Counted from the stretch's first letter, positions 48,363 to 58,645 are shown. The stretch is DNA of 64,000 nucleotides from a bacterium (GCA_021846685.1 JAJZWL010000001.1:71484-135483); one strand, 5' to 3'. Numbers and translations: made by a program. The notes: generated by a model not told the origin, from the letters alone.

Positions 48363-48755
48363 ATGGATTCAGATAACAAGGCAGTAGAGACAAAAAATAA
48401 CAAGAAGACCCGACCTACACTTGTTGGGGTAATAGCTATATTTGTAATACTTTCTGGTATTATGAGTTTGGCATTTTCATTAATATTCTTAGTATCTGGA
48501 ATTTTAACTTCTATTTTAATTGGTGTTGTATTTTTCATTATTGGCGTATTAAATATAATTACTTCTATTGGATTATTTAAAATGACTAAATGGGGATTAT
48601 ATTTATTTATAATTTTAGGTGTTATAGCAATAATTTATTTAATATTTACTAATTTTTATCCTAATATATCTTTAAATTCTACTTCTGATATTTCAATATT
48701 AATATATTTAGCTATATTTTTCTATTTTTCACGAATTATCAAAAGGTTTGAATAG
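48363..48755 (+). CDS. Hypothetical polytopic membrane protein
   Basis: 130 aa, 3-4 TM helices; no family. Confidence 0.35.
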   Translation: MDSDNKAVETKNNKKTRPTLVGVIAIFVILSGIMSLAFSLIFLVSGILTSILIGVVFFIIGVLNIITSIGLFKMTKWGLYLFIILGVIAIIYLIFTNFYPNISLNSTSDISILIYLAIFFYFSRIIKRFE

Positions 48756-48793
48756 TATTAATAATCTATGATAATACTTGTTAGGAGAAGCTA

Positions 48794-49591
48794 ATGGAAG
48801 ATAAAATTAATAAAAATACCACGATAGAAGAGGATATATTAAATAATGTTGAAATTACGAAAAAAGATACTTCTAGGAAAATTTTGATTTATCCATTTGA
48901 TACCAATTTAAATCCCATAATAATAACTGAAGGTTGGTTTTATTCTGAAGAAGAAAACTCAATCCATGGAACAACAGATCATGAAGGAATTGATTTTGCA
49001 CTACCCATAGGGACTCCAATTAAAGCAGCCTTTGATGGGTATGCTGTCTCCACTTATGGATTTAGTTGGGTGACAGACATTAATCCTGATACTCAAAAAG
49101 AAGAATTCCGATTATTTTATGGTGATAAAATAAGCATGGATATAGGTTTATTTGTACAAATATATAATCCTAAGACGACATTATTTACCCAGTATGGACA
49201 TTTATCTAAAATTAACGAACAAATACCTTTCACAAAACCTTTATTTGAGGAGGAAACTGAAACATATTTTCCTGCAGGAAATAGAATTGACCCTAAAAAA
49301 TATTCTTTATCAAGAAATGCTGTATATGTTAAAAAGGGAACTGTTATTGGATATTCTGGAATTAGTGGTATTACAAAAGGTTTTATAGATTATCCCGAAT
49401 GTATGAATACAGTGAGAAGAGATCCTATATGGGATGAACCTCATTTACATTTTCAATTATTTAAAAGGAGCCCTAATCAAAAATATGCCAAACTTATAGA
49501 TCCATATGGAATATATTCAACATGCGATTTATATAAAGAGTCTACGGAAAAAGACTTTGACAGGAAACATATATCTTTATGGAGATCTTAA
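48794..49591 (+). CDS. M23-family (LytM-like) metallopeptidase
   Basis: HEGIDFALPIGTPIKAAFDGYAV (HxxxD), TQYGHLSKI and PHLHFQLF (HxH), the canonical M23 motif set. Confidence 0.7.
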   Translation: MEDKINKNTTIEEDILNNVEITKKDTSRKILIYPFDTNLNPIIITEGWFYSEEENSIHGTTDHEGIDFALPIGTPIKAAFDGYAVSTYGFSWVTDINPDTQKEEFRLFYGDKISMDIGLFVQIYNPKTTLFTQYGHLSKINEQIPFTKPLFEEETETYFPAGNRIDPKKYSLSRNAVYVKKGTVIGYSGISGITKGFIDYPECMNTVRRDPIWDEPHLHFQLFKRSPNQKYAKLIDPYGIYSTCDLYKESTEKDFDRKHISLWRS

Positions 49592-49683
49592 TTTTAGGCA
49601 TGTTAATCTCAGTGATCTAAAATCAGTAGTAACAAAATTTTGGGAGAGAGTTGGTGGAACTCTTGATCTTAGTAGTCTAGAGT

Positions 49684-49906
49684 CAGAAGAAGGGTTAGTG
49701 TTGCCAGAAAGTATTGGAAGAGCTCTTGTTCTCAGAGGACTAAAATCAGAAGAAGAGAGAGAATTAAAAAGAAATTATCTTAATATAAGGATTTTTAGAT
49801 AATAGATAATATAGAAGTTTGAATAATGTACACAATCTCTTAAAATTTGAGCTTTAACATGTTGAAAGTCAAAACTACTAAATCGTTAAATAGTACAAGT
49901 ATAAAA
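49684..49906 (+). repeat. About 220-bp repeat, copy B
   Basis: See 47976-48190. The listed ORF 49506-49802 lies inside this repeat and is probably not a real gene. Confidence 0.7.
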
Positions 49907-49915
49907 TGTTTATTT

Positions 49916-50470
49916 TAAATGTCTTACTATCATAGGAATTTCTGTCATTCGATATCTTTGTAAGCTTAATATTTTTAAAGCTGCAATTCTATATCTGCCA
50001 TCATTTATTATATAATATTTACCTTCTTTTTCCATACAATCAATAGGAAATTAAACTAAGAAATTATTATCTCCTGATAAAATTTCTGTATCATATCTTT
50101 AAGATCTGCAATATTTCTTAAACTTTCATTATGTAAAAAACTGTCTACATAAATATTCTAACCTATAACCTTATTTATATCTATAAATTTTAATTCTTCA
50201 CTTGAGATGTTTGTTCTTATAATATCTATCTTTTAAGGAATTATTTTTTGTAATATTTCTATTGCTTGATCAATTATTATAGAATCTTGTTCTTTTGTAT
50301 CTATATTATCTATATAGGACAAGGCTAACTTTTTAGAATCGTCACTATCTATGTAGTCGCCCATAACTATATCTAATTCACTCCCTATATTTATGATTGC
50401 AAGAAATGTATTTGGATGTATAGGATCTATTTTTTCTGCATTTTTTGATTACCTAATGAATCTGAATCAA
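49916..50470 (-). pseudogene. Degraded ORF with ParB/Srx-like motif (multiple frameshifts/stops)
   Basis: Minus-strand translation gives consecutive open pieces ...IINDGRYRIAALKILSLQRYRMTEIPMIV... (ParB-box-like DGxxR..A) and ...EKIDPIHPNTFLAIINIGSELDIV... separated by stops in different frames. Confidence 0.3.
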
Positions 50471-50570
50471 ACACACTCTTATTTTTACATAGATATCCTA
50501 TAGAAGCCAGTATGGTGGATGTTTTTTATGAGTGTAAAACAAATAATAATAATAATATGTATATTAATAT

Positions 50571-51338
50571 ATGGAGTATTATTATTTATTAAATTATTTA
50601 AATTCAAATCTAAGTCTTTTTATAGATGATATTATCCTGAAGAAAGATTACAGTCTCTTTTTTTCTGATACAGATAGAAGGGAATATTGGAATTCTTGTT
50701 TTAATTTTAATTTGGAAAGTGTTTCTTTGAAGAAAATTGAAGATGAATTTTATTCAAGAAATCTTAATCCTTCATTTTGGATAACTGATAGTGATTATAA
50801 AACACGTCAAATATTACAAAATTCTTCTTATATAAATAGGAAGACAGATTATTGGATGATATTAGAGGATAAAAAAAAGTTTCAAATAGATAAATTAGAT
50901 ATTCAGAAAGTTATTAATCAGAAACATATTAATGATTATATGGAAGTATTCTTTTCTGAGTATAATGATAAATATTTAAAATATCACAAGATGTTAAATG
51001 ATAGATTATGGAGTAAATCTATTCAGTCATATATTCTCTATGAAGATAAAGTGCCTGTATCAATAGGTTCTGAAACTGAATTTGATGATATAGGATTAAT
51101 ACAGTCCTTAGTAACAAGAGAAGAATATCGTCATAAAAGTTATGGATATAATGTGTGTAGGAGTATTATTAATGATTCTAATGCGAGTAAATTTTTTTTA
51201 AGATCTGATATTAATGGTAGCGGTATTAAGTTATATCAAAATTTAGGATTTAAAGAATTAATGAGAATAGGAATTTTTTCAAAGAAGAAAATAAAAGATC
51301 TGAAATTTATTCAAAAAATGAAATATTATAGAAAATAG
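50571..51338 (+). CDS. GNAT-family N-acetyltransferase-like protein, tentative
   Basis: C-terminal IGLIQSLVTREEYRHKSYGYNVCRSII...GIKLYQNLGFKE resembles GNAT motifs A/B. Confidence 0.4.
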   Translation: MEYYYLLNYLNSNLSLFIDDIILKKDYSLFFSDTDRREYWNSCFNFNLESVSLKKIEDEFYSRNLNPSFWITDSDYKTRQILQNSSYINRKTDYWMILEDKKKFQIDKLDIQKVINQKHINDYMEVFFSEYNDKYLKYHKMLNDRLWSKSIQSYILYEDKVPVSIGSETEFDDIGLIQSLVTREEYRHKSYGYNVCRSIINDSNASKFFLRSDINGSGIKLYQNLGFKELMRIGIFSKKKIKDLKFIQKMKYYRK

Positions 51339-51525
51339 ATTAAATTTTTGATATAATCCATTTATGTCGTCAGTAATAGATATGTTAACAGATATACTAA
51401 TAAGTTTTTTGACTTGTGGTACCGCTGTGTTTATTCTACTTTTTTCTTTAGCCTTGATATTAGGCTTTTCTGCTTCTATTTTCTTTCATATACACATATA
51501 ATGTTTATTATTAATAATAAATCTA

Positions 51526-52071
51526 ATGCCTTATATATATATAGGTAATAAAAAAATATCTTATACTGTAAAGAAAAGTAAAAAGGCTAGAAATATAAGG
51601 TTGTCAGTATATAAAGATAATGAAATTAGGGTTACTGTCCCTTATCGTTATAATATAGATAATATTGATCAGTTATTACTTAATAAATCTGATTGGATAC
51701 TAAAGTCAATTTCAGAAAATAGTAAAAATTTTATAATAGAAGAAGCTGCTGAATTTTCCGTTTTAAAAAATGAGTATTTAAAATATATCACAGGTAGAGT
51801 TATATATTTAAATTCTTTTTATAATTTTAATTATCAAAAAATCACTTTGAGAAAATCAAAAACCAGATGGGGCAGTTGTTCTATAAATGGCAATTTAAAT
51901 TTTAATTATAAAATATATTATTTACCTCAAAAATTTTCTGATTACATAATTATTCATGAGCTTTGTCATCTAAAAGAGTTTAATCATTCTTCGAATTTTT
52001 GGGCTCTAGTAAAGGGTAGGATTCCTGAGTATAAAGAGATAAAAAAAGAATTAAAAAGGTATTCTTTATAA
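51526..52071 (+). CDS. DUF45/YgjP-like zinc-dependent hydrolase (M48/WLM-like HExxH)
   Basis: RWGSCS...N and IIHELCHLKEFNHSSNFW motifs. Confidence 0.65.
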   Translation: MPYIYIGNKKISYTVKKSKKARNIRLSVYKDNEIRVTVPYRYNIDNIDQLLLNKSDWILKSISENSKNFIIEEAAEFSVLKNEYLKYITGRVIYLNSFYNFNYQKITLRKSKTRWGSCSINGNLNFNYKIYYLPQKFSDYIIIHELCHLKEFNHSSNFWALVKGRIPEYKEIKKELKRYSL

Positions 52072-52141
52072 TTTATATAAATTACTCTATAATTATATAA
52101 AATACAGATTTACAAATATTAGTATATATGATATATTGTTC

Positions 52142-52170
52142 TTGCAATATAACTTGTTTATTTGTATAAT
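52142..52170 (+). promoter_or_regulatory. Sigma70-like promoter TTGCAA-17-TATAAT upstream of tuf
   Basis: CTTGCAATATAACTTGTTTATTTGTATAAT, 30 bp upstream of the tuf ATG. Confidence 0.45.
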
Positions 52171-52199
52171 CTCTTTGTTTAATTTAGTTAAAAAAAAAT

Positions 52200-53399
52200 A
52201 TGGCAGCCTTTGATAGAACAAAACCTCATAAAAACGTTGGTACTATTGGTCACGTTGATCATGGTAAGACAACTTTAACAGCAGCAATATTAAAAGTATT
52301 GTCAGCAGCTGGTTACGCAGCACAAAATAAGAGTGTAGATAATTTAGACGCAGCTCCTGAAGAAAAAGCTAGAGGAGTAACTATAGCTACAGCTCATACA
52401 GAGTATGAAACTGAGAAAAATCACTATGCTCATGTTGATTGTCCAGGACACGCAGATTATGTTAAGAATATGATTACAGGGGCAGCTCAAATGGATGGAG
52501 CTATATTAGTTGTTGCAGCTACAGATGGACCTATGCCTCAAACAAGAGAACATATACTTTTAGCAAGACAAGTTGGAGTACCTAAGATAGTTGTATTCCT
52601 TAATAAGGTAGATATGGTAGATGATCCTGAATTGGTTGATCTAGTAGAAATGGAAGTAAGAGAATTACTTTCTAAGTATGATTTTGATGGAGACGAAACT
52701 CCAATAGTTAGAGGAAGTGCTTTGAAAGCATTAGAATGTGGATGCGGAAAATCTGACTGTGAATGGTGTGGTCCAATTTTAACATTAATGAATAATGTAG
52801 ATGATTATATTCCTATTCCAGACAGAGAAGTAGATAAACCTTTCTTAATGCCTATCGAAGATGTATTTTCTATAGAAGGTAGAGGGACAGTTGCTACAGG
52901 AAGAGTCGAAAGAGGAACTCTTAAAGTAGGAGAAGAAGTTGATATTGTCGGATTAAGAGAAGATATCAGAAAATCAGTTGTTACAGGTGTAGAAATGTTT
53001 AATAAGTCATTGGAGACTGCACAAGCAGGAGATAATGTTGGTTTATTACTAAGAGGATTTAAAAGAGAGGATATTCAAAGAGGAGAGGTTGTTGCTAAAG
53101 TTGGGAGTGTTACTCCTCATACTGAATTTGAAAGTGAAGTATATATATTGACTAAAGAAGAAGGTGGAAGGCATTCTCAATTTGTTTCTGGATATAGACC
53201 TCAATTTTATATTAGAACTACAGATGTTACAGGAGAGATACAATTACCAGAGGGTGTAGAGTGTGCTCTTCCTGGAGATAATATAAAAATGATAGTAAGG
53301 TTAATTAATCCAGTAGCATTAGAAGCTGGAGTTAGATTTGCTATTAGAGAAGGTGGTAGAACAGTTGGAGCAGGAGTTATAAGTAAGATTATTAAGTAA
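52200..53399 (+). CDS. tuf: Elongation factor Tu
   Basis: [26 protein letters not shown], full 399 aa; contains the unusual segment [15 protein letters not shown] in domain I. Confidence 0.95.
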   Translation: MAAFDRTKPHKNVGTIGHVDHGKTTLTAAILKVLSAAGYAAQNKSVDNLDAAPEEKARGVTIATAHTEYETEKNHYAHVDCPGHADYVKNMITGAAQMDGAILVVAATDGPMPQTREHILLARQVGVPKIVVFLNKVDMVDDPELVDLVEMEVRELLSKYDFDGDETPIVRGSALKALECGCGKSDCEWCGPILTLMNNVDDYIPIPDREVDKPFLMPIEDVFSIEGRGTVATGRVERGTLKVGEEVDIVGLREDIRKSVVTGVEMFNKSLETAQAGDNVGLLLRGFKREDIQRGEVVAKVGSVTPHTEFESEVYILTKEEGGRHSQFVSGYRPQFYIRTTDVTGEIQLPEGVECALPGDNIKMIVRLINPVALEAGVRFAIREGGRTVGAGVISKIIK

Positions 53400-53419
53400 A
53401 AAGGTTCTTTTATATATTT

Positions 53420-53725
53420 ATGGAAAACAAGAGAATAAGGGTAAAATTGAAAGGTTTTGATGTACAGATTTTGGATAAATCTGCTCAAAAGATTATTGAT
53501 GCAGCAATTTCTTCTGGTGCAAAAACATCTGGGCCGATACCATTACCTACTTCTATTAAAAAATATACAGTAGTAAGGTCTCCTCATATAGATAAAAGAT
53601 CTATGGAGACCTTTGAAATGAAGATTCATAAAAGACTTATTGATATACTCTCTCCTACAGGAAAAACAATTGATACTCTTACTCATTTACAACTCCCTGT
53701 AGGTGTTGGAATAGAAATTAAATAG
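53420..53725 (+). CDS. rpsJ: 30S ribosomal protein S10
   Basis: MENKRIRVKLKGFD...RSPHIDKRSMETFE. Confidence 0.9.
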   Translation: MENKRIRVKLKGFDVQILDKSAQKIIDAAISSGAKTSGPIPLPTSIKKYTVVRSPHIDKRSMETFEMKIHKRLIDILSPTGKTIDTLTHLQLPVGVGIEIK

Positions 53726-53774
53726 ATTTTAAATTAGTTTTTTTAAATACAGAGGTTTTATCTGTATTATTATT

Positions 53775-54371
53775 ATGAAAGGAATATTAGGTATTAAAAA
53801 AGATATGACTCAAATTTTCAGAGAGGATGGAAATGTAATTCCGGTAACCTTGATAGATACTGAAGGTTGTTTTGTATGTGCTGAAAAAAAATCTAAAACA
53901 GATGGATATGATGCAACAGTCTTGGGAATTGGATTAAAAAAGCATCCTACAAAGCCTGAAAAGGGTAAATATAAAAAATTGCATACTCCTCAGTTTGCAA
54001 GAGAATTTGGAAGAATTGAAGAGGTAACGGTAGGAGATAAAATTTTATCAAATATTTTTGAGGTAGGAGAAAAGGTGAATATTTCTGGAGTTAGTAAAGG
54101 TAAAGGTTTTACTGGTGTTGTTAAAAGATGGGGATTTCATGGTGGACCAAGGACTCATGGACAATCTGATAAAGAAAGGCATGGAGGTTCAATAGGATCA
54201 GGGACTACTCCAGGTAATGTTAAAAAGGGGAAAAAAATGCCAGGTAGATCTGGAGGAGATAAGATCATTGTTAAAAATTTGGAAATTGTTGAAATTAAAG
54301 ATGACATTTTAGTAGTAAAAGGAGCAATTCCTGGAGCTAGAGGTGGTTTAGTTATTATAAAGTCAGAATGA
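53775..54371 (+). CDS. rplC: 50S ribosomal protein L3
   Basis: GKGFTGVVKRWGFHGGPRTHGQS. Confidence 0.9.
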   Translation: MKGILGIKKDMTQIFREDGNVIPVTLIDTEGCFVCAEKKSKTDGYDATVLGIGLKKHPTKPEKGKYKKLHTPQFAREFGRIEEVTVGDKILSNIFEVGEKVNISGVSKGKGFTGVVKRWGFHGGPRTHGQSDKERHGGSIGSGTTPGNVKKGKKMPGRSGGDKIIVKNLEIVEIKDDILVVKGAIPGARGGLVIIKSE

Positions 54372-55003
54372 AGATAGATTTATACTCTCAAAAAGGAGTT
54401 AAAAGTACAAAAAAAATAGATATTAAAGATGAAATTTTTAAATATGAAGTTAATCAAAATTTGATTAATCAGTATATCTATATACATCTTGTTAATACAA
54501 GGCAAGGTACTAGATCTACAAAAGGAAGAGGTGAGGTATCAGGAACTGGGAAAAAACCTTGGAAGAATAATAAAGTTGCTAAGGCAAGGACTGGAAGTTT
54601 AAGAACTAATATTTTTAGAGGAGGAGGAGTTTCTCATGGGCCTAAACCTATGCGATTTGAATTATCAATGCCTTTAAAAATGAGAAGAAGAGCTTTGTAT
54701 TCTGCTTTATCTACAAAAATGAATGCTAAAGAAATTATTTTTATAGATAAACTCAAATTTTCCGAAGGAAAATTAACTAAACAAGGGTTAGAATTTTTAT
54801 CTGGATTTTCTTTAGAAGGTGTTAAAACATTGATTGTTACAGATAAAAAAGATGATAAACTTCTGAATGTATTCTCTAATATTGACAAAATTAGATTATT
54901 GTCTTCTAATTATATTAATGCATATGATATCCTAAATTATAGAAAAATATTATTTTTGAAAGATTCTTTGGAAAATATTCCGGGATATAAAGATTTAAAA
55001 TGA
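54368..55003 (+). CDS. rplD: 50S ribosomal protein L4
   Basis: TRQGTRSTKGRGEVSGTGKKPWKNNKVAKARTGSLRTNIFRGGGVSHGPKP. Confidence 0.9.
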   Translation: MKIDLYSQKGVKSTKKIDIKDEIFKYEVNQNLINQYIYIHLVNTRQGTRSTKGRGEVSGTGKKPWKNNKVAKARTGSLRTNIFRGGGVSHGPKPMRFELSMPLKMRRRALYSALSTKMNAKEIIFIDKLKFSEGKLTKQGLEFLSGFSLEGVKTLIVTDKKDDKLLNVFSNIDKIRLLSSNYINAYDILNYRKILFLKDSLENIPGYKDLK

Positions 55004-55386
55004 GAAAGTCCGATGTTTTAATAAAACCTATATTATCTGAAAAAGTACTAAGAGGAGTTGCTTCTGGTTGGTATGGTTTTGTAGTAGAGAGACATTCTGA
55101 TAAAATAGGTGTAAAATCTGCAGTAGAAAAAGCTTTTGGTGTTGATGTTATTGAAGTAAGATTGCTAGCTAAGAAAGGAAAGCAGGTAAGAGATATAAAT
55201 ATAAAGACAAGGTTAGTCAGACATAAAAGAACTGATCTTAAGAAAGCATATGTGAAATTAAAAGCTGGACAAGTAATTAATTTGTTAGGAGAGGATAAAG
55301 AGAAAGATGCAAAGAAGTTAAAAACTAAGAAAGGAAAAGTAGAAGATAAAAAGAAATTAAAAGAGGTTAAGAATGAAAAAGAATAA
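55000..55386 (+). CDS. rplW: 50S ribosomal protein L23 with about 30-aa Lys/Glu-rich C-terminal extension
   Basis: L23 core ILSEKVLRGVASGWYGFVVERHSDKIGVKSAVEKAFGVDVIEVRL then ...GEDKEKDAKKLKTKKGKVEDKKKLKEVKNEKE. Confidence 0.85.
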   Translation: MRKSDVLIKPILSEKVLRGVASGWYGFVVERHSDKIGVKSAVEKAFGVDVIEVRLLAKKGKQVRDINIKTRLVRHKRTDLKKAYVKLKAGQVINLLGEDKEKDAKKLKTKKGKVEDKKKLKEVKNEKE

Positions 55387-56227
55387 TATAAAAACAATGA
55401 AGACATATAATCCAGTAACACCTACGTTAAGGCATACTGTATTGGTTTCTAAAGATGGAGTAAGGAAAAATAATCCAGAAAAATCTTTATTAAAGAAGTT
55501 AAAATCTCACTCAGGTAGAAATTCTAGAGGAGTAATCACAGTAAGGCATCAGGGCGGAGGAGTAAAGAGAATGTATAGAATTATTGATTTTAAAAGAGAT
55601 AAATATGATATACCTTCTAAAGTTGCAAGAATAGAATATGATCCATATAGAACCGCTAGAATAGCTTTATTACACTATACAGACGGAGAAAAAAGGTATA
55701 TAATTGCTCCTGTTGGGCTTAAAGAAGGAGACTCTGTTATTTCTGGGAATAATGTTCCAATAGAAATTGGAAATTCACTTCCCTTGAGAAATATACCAAT
55801 AGGTTCTGAGATATATAATATTGAGCTTACTAAAGGTAGAGGTGGAATTTTAGTTAGAAGCGCAGGAAATGCCGCAAAGTTACAATCAATAGAGAATGAT
55901 ATAGCATTGGTTAAACTTCCTTCAGGAGAAGTAAGATATATCAGAGCTGAAAATTTTGCTAGTCTTGGTAGAGTTGGAAATACTGATCATGGAAATCAGA
56001 AGCTTGGAAAAGCAGGTAGGTCAAGGTATTTGGGAATAAGACCTTCAGTAAGAGGTATGGCTATGCATCCTAATCAGCATCCTCATGGAGGAGGAGAAGG
56101 AAAGGGACAAGTCGGAGGTATATCTAAAGATCTTTGGGGTCACAGAAGAGGAACTAAAACTAGAAGGAATAAAAGGACAGAAAAGTATATATTAATTACC
56201 AGAAAAGGTAGAAGATTAAAGAGATAA
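55373..56227 (+). CDS. rplB: 50S ribosomal protein L2
   Basis: SGRNSRGVITVRHQGGG...RGMAMHPNQHPHGGGEGKG. Confidence 0.95.
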   Translation: MKKNNIKTMKTYNPVTPTLRHTVLVSKDGVRKNNPEKSLLKKLKSHSGRNSRGVITVRHQGGGVKRMYRIIDFKRDKYDIPSKVARIEYDPYRTARIALLHYTDGEKRYIIAPVGLKEGDSVISGNNVPIEIGNSLPLRNIPIGSEIYNIELTKGRGGILVRSAGNAAKLQSIENDIALVKLPSGEVRYIRAENFASLGRVGNTDHGNQKLGKAGRSRYLGIRPSVRGMAMHPNQHPHGGGEGKGQVGGISKDLWGHRRGTKTRRNKRTEKYILITRKGRRLKR

Positions 56228-56230
56228 ATT

Positions 56231-56533
56231 ATGTCAAGATCAAGTAAAAAAGGTCCTTACGTAGACCAAAAATTATTAAAAAAGATATTAAGACAGAAAG
56301 AGAGTGGAGATAGAAAGCCTATCAAAACTTGGGCTAGAAACTGTACTATTGCGCCTGAAATGGTAGGATTTACTATCGCAGTACATAATGGGAGACATCA
56401 TATTCCTGTTTTAGTGAATGAATCAATGGTAGGACATAAATTAGGTGAGTTTTCTATAACAAGGACATTTAGAGGTCATAGTAAAAAGGGTAAAATTGCT
56501 CAATCACATGGTAGTGTAGGAAGAGTTGAATAA
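56231..56533 (+). CDS. rpsS: 30S ribosomal protein S19
   Basis: [12 protein letters not shown]...[25 protein letters not shown]. Confidence 0.95.
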   Translation: MSRSSKKGPYVDQKLLKKILRQKESGDRKPIKTWARNCTIAPEMVGFTIAVHNGRHHIPVLVNESMVGHKLGEFSITRTFRGHSKKGKIAQSHGSVGRVE

Positions 56534-56550
56534 TATAGAATATATAAAAT

Positions 56551-56910
56551 ATGGAAAATAAAAAAATAGCATTAGCAAAAATTAAAAACATAAAAGGATC
56601 TGCAAGAAAGACTAGATTGGTTGTGAATGCTATTAGAAAATTATCTCCAGAGGTTGCTTTGGAAAATTTGCAATTTATGAATTATAGAAATTCTGAAGTT
56701 GTTTCTAAAGTTATAAAAACTGCTATTAATAATGCTAATCTTTCAAAGATGCAAACTCCATATAAGTTTGAAGAGATAAGAGTAGATGAAGGTATAACAA
56801 GAAAGGGATTAAGGTTTAAGGGTAGGGCTAATGTTGAAATCTTAAGTAAGAGATATTGTAATATTACTGTTAAAATTAGTGAATTAAAAAAAGATGGGAA
56901 GGAAAGTTAA
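56551..56910 (+). CDS. rplV: 50S ribosomal protein L22
   Basis: ARKTRLVVNAIRKLSPEVALENLQFMN...RVDEGITRKGLRFKGRANVEI. Confidence 0.9.
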   Translation: MENKKIALAKIKNIKGSARKTRLVVNAIRKLSPEVALENLQFMNYRNSEVVSKVIKTAINNANLSKMQTPYKFEEIRVDEGITRKGLRFKGRANVEILSKRYCNITVKISELKKDGKES

Positions 56911-57547
56911 TCCTGTAGGATTCAGGATAGGAATAAATAAAAATTATAAATCTTTATGGTTTGCTGAGGGAGATATATACAAAAAACAGCTCCAGGAAGA
57001 TTTAAATGTTAGAAAATTTCTTAAAAAATCTTTGAAATCTGCGGGAATAGGAGAAATTACTATAAAAAGGTCTTTAAATAATGTAATTATAGATATTTCT
57101 GTCGCAAGGCCAGGGGTAGTTATAGGAAAAGGTGGTCAAGGTTTGGAAGATTTAAAAAAGACACTAGATGTAATGTTTGGAAGTGGTGTACATTTAGATG
57201 TTCACGATATCAAAAAGCCAGAGTTATGTGCTATGATTGTCTCTCAAAATATTGTTGATGGAGTATTGAAAAGGATGTCAGCAAAATTTTTGATGGAAAG
57301 AGAATTGATTAAAATTAGGGAGGGAGGAGCATTAGGTGCTAAAATACAGGTGTCAGGAAGAGTTAATGGATCTGAAATTCATAGAACTGATAAAGTAAAA
57401 TTTGGATCAGTTCCACTTCAGACACTTAGAGCAGATATAGATTATTCTGATAATTATGCTAAAACAAAAAGTTTTGGTGTTTTAGGTGTAAAGGTTTGGA
57501 TCTATAAAGGAGAAAAAAATTATATGGATGAGGATACTGGATCATGA
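56894..57547 (+). CDS. rpsC: 30S ribosomal protein S3
   Basis: MGRKVNPVGFRIGINKNYKSLWFA, KH domain GKGGQGLEDLKKTL. Confidence 0.95.
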   Translation: MGRKVNPVGFRIGINKNYKSLWFAEGDIYKKQLQEDLNVRKFLKKSLKSAGIGEITIKRSLNNVIIDISVARPGVVIGKGGQGLEDLKKTLDVMFGSGVHLDVHDIKKPELCAMIVSQNIVDGVLKRMSAKFLMERELIKIREGGALGAKIQVSGRVNGSEIHRTDKVKFGSVPLQTLRADIDYSDNYAKTKSFGVLGVKVWIYKGEKNYMDEDTGS

Positions 57548-57963
57548 TAATGCAACCAAAAAGACAAAAATATAGAAGAACTTTTAGAGGTGATCTTACT
57601 AAGGTTGCTAGTAATGGTTATACTTTGAGCTTTGGAGAATATGGACTAAAAGCTATGACTTCTGGGTTGATGACTGCAAGGCAAATTGAGTCTGCAAGGA
57701 AAACCATTACACATTATACTAAGAGAGGTGGTAAAATATGGATAAGAGTTTTTCCATATATGCCTCTTACAAAAAAATCAGAAGGTTCCAAAATGGGTTC
57801 TGGTAAAGGAAATGTTGTAGGTTTTGGGACTCCTATAAAAGCTGGTAGTATTTTATTTGAAATCGTAGGAGTTAATGAAGATATTGCAAAAGAAGCATTT
57901 AGATTAGCTTCTCATAAAATACCTTTTAAAGTAAAATTTGTTAGAGTTTCGGATCAATTTTAA
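57544..57963 (+). CDS. rplP: 50S ribosomal protein L16
   Basis: MQPKRQKYRRTFRG...RVFPYMPLTKKSEGSKMGSGKG. Confidence 0.95.
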   Translation: MIMQPKRQKYRRTFRGDLTKVASNGYTLSFGEYGLKAMTSGLMTARQIESARKTITHYTKRGGKIWIRVFPYMPLTKKSEGSKMGSGKGNVVGFGTPIKAGSILFEIVGVNEDIAKEAFRLASHKIPFKVKFVRVSDQF

Positions 57964-57968
57964 AAATT

Positions 57969-58193
57969 ATGGATACAGTAAATATAAGAAAATTAAATAG
58001 AATAGAGATTCATAAGGAAATTAATAAACTTCAGGATGAATTATTGAAGAAAAAAATGTCTTTGAGGTTACAGTTAACTCAAAAATCTTCAAGTGAAGGT
58101 ATAAATGTATCTGAAATAGGTAAAATAAAAAAACAAATAGCAAGATTTCAAACTATTTTAAATGAAAAAGTTTACTTAGAAAATAAAGAATAA
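57969..58193 (+). CDS. rpmC: 50S ribosomal protein L29
   Basis: 74 aa, ELLKKKMSLRLQLTQKSS coiled-coil, positioned between rplP and rpsQ. Confidence 0.85.
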   Translation: MDTVNIRKLNRIEIHKEINKLQDELLKKKMSLRLQLTQKSSSEGINVSEIGKIKKQIARFQTILNEKVYLENKE

Positions 58194-58642
58194 TGGCAGA
58201 TAAAAAAATAATAAAAAAAACAATAACAGAGAAAAAAGTACCAGTAGCTAAAAAAACTGTTACTAAAGAAGTATCATCTAAGATAGTGAAGCCAGTAGCT
58301 AAAAAAACTGTTTTAAAAACAAAGAGTGTGAAGAAGGATGTCCTTGTTAAAAAAGTGAAGACACCTAAAAAAGAGATCTTAGATATAGATAAGAAAATTT
58401 CTCATAAAAGAAGATTAAAGGCTATTGTATTAAAAGATAATAGTGTGGCTCATAAATTCTTGAATGTAGAAGTTACTAGATATGTTGCACATCCTTTATA
58501 TAAGAAAATGATAAAGAGAAAAAAGAAATATTTGGTATCATGTCCTCAAGATGTGGATTTTGTATTAGGAGAGAGAGTTTTGATAGAAGAGACAAGCCCT
58601 ATATCAAAAAGAATTAAATTTAAATATATATCTAAGGTATAA
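58193..58642 (+). CDS. rpsQ: 30S ribosomal protein S17 with about 65-aa Lys-rich repetitive N-terminal extension
   Basis: S17 core RRLKAIVLKDNSVAHKFLNVEVTRYVAHPLYKKMIKRKKKYLVSCPQ...GERVLIEETSPISKRIKF. N-terminal KKTVTKEV/KKTVLKTK repeats. TAATG overlap with the rpmC stop supports the ATG. Confidence 0.85.
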   Translation: MADKKIIKKTITEKKVPVAKKTVTKEVSSKIVKPVAKKTVLKTKSVKKDVLVKKVKTPKKEILDIDKKISHKRRLKAIVLKDNSVAHKFLNVEVTRYVAHPLYKKMIKRKKKYLVSCPQDVDFVLGERVLIEETSPISKRIKFKYISKV

Positions 58643-58645
58643 ATT

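Noticed and set aside
49506-49802. 98-aa ORF downstream of the M23 peptidase
   Set aside because: It starts inside the 3' end of the M23 gene in another frame and runs through the about 220-bp repeat copy B. The similar peptide tail in copy A has no start codon, so this is better explained as repeat DNA
26000-51500. Integrase or recombinase gene for the island
   Set aside because: I looked for R..H..R..Y tyrosine-recombinase or serine-recombinase-like ORFs among all listed ORFs and found none. The only transposases are the IS3 OrfAB and an IS4-like fragment
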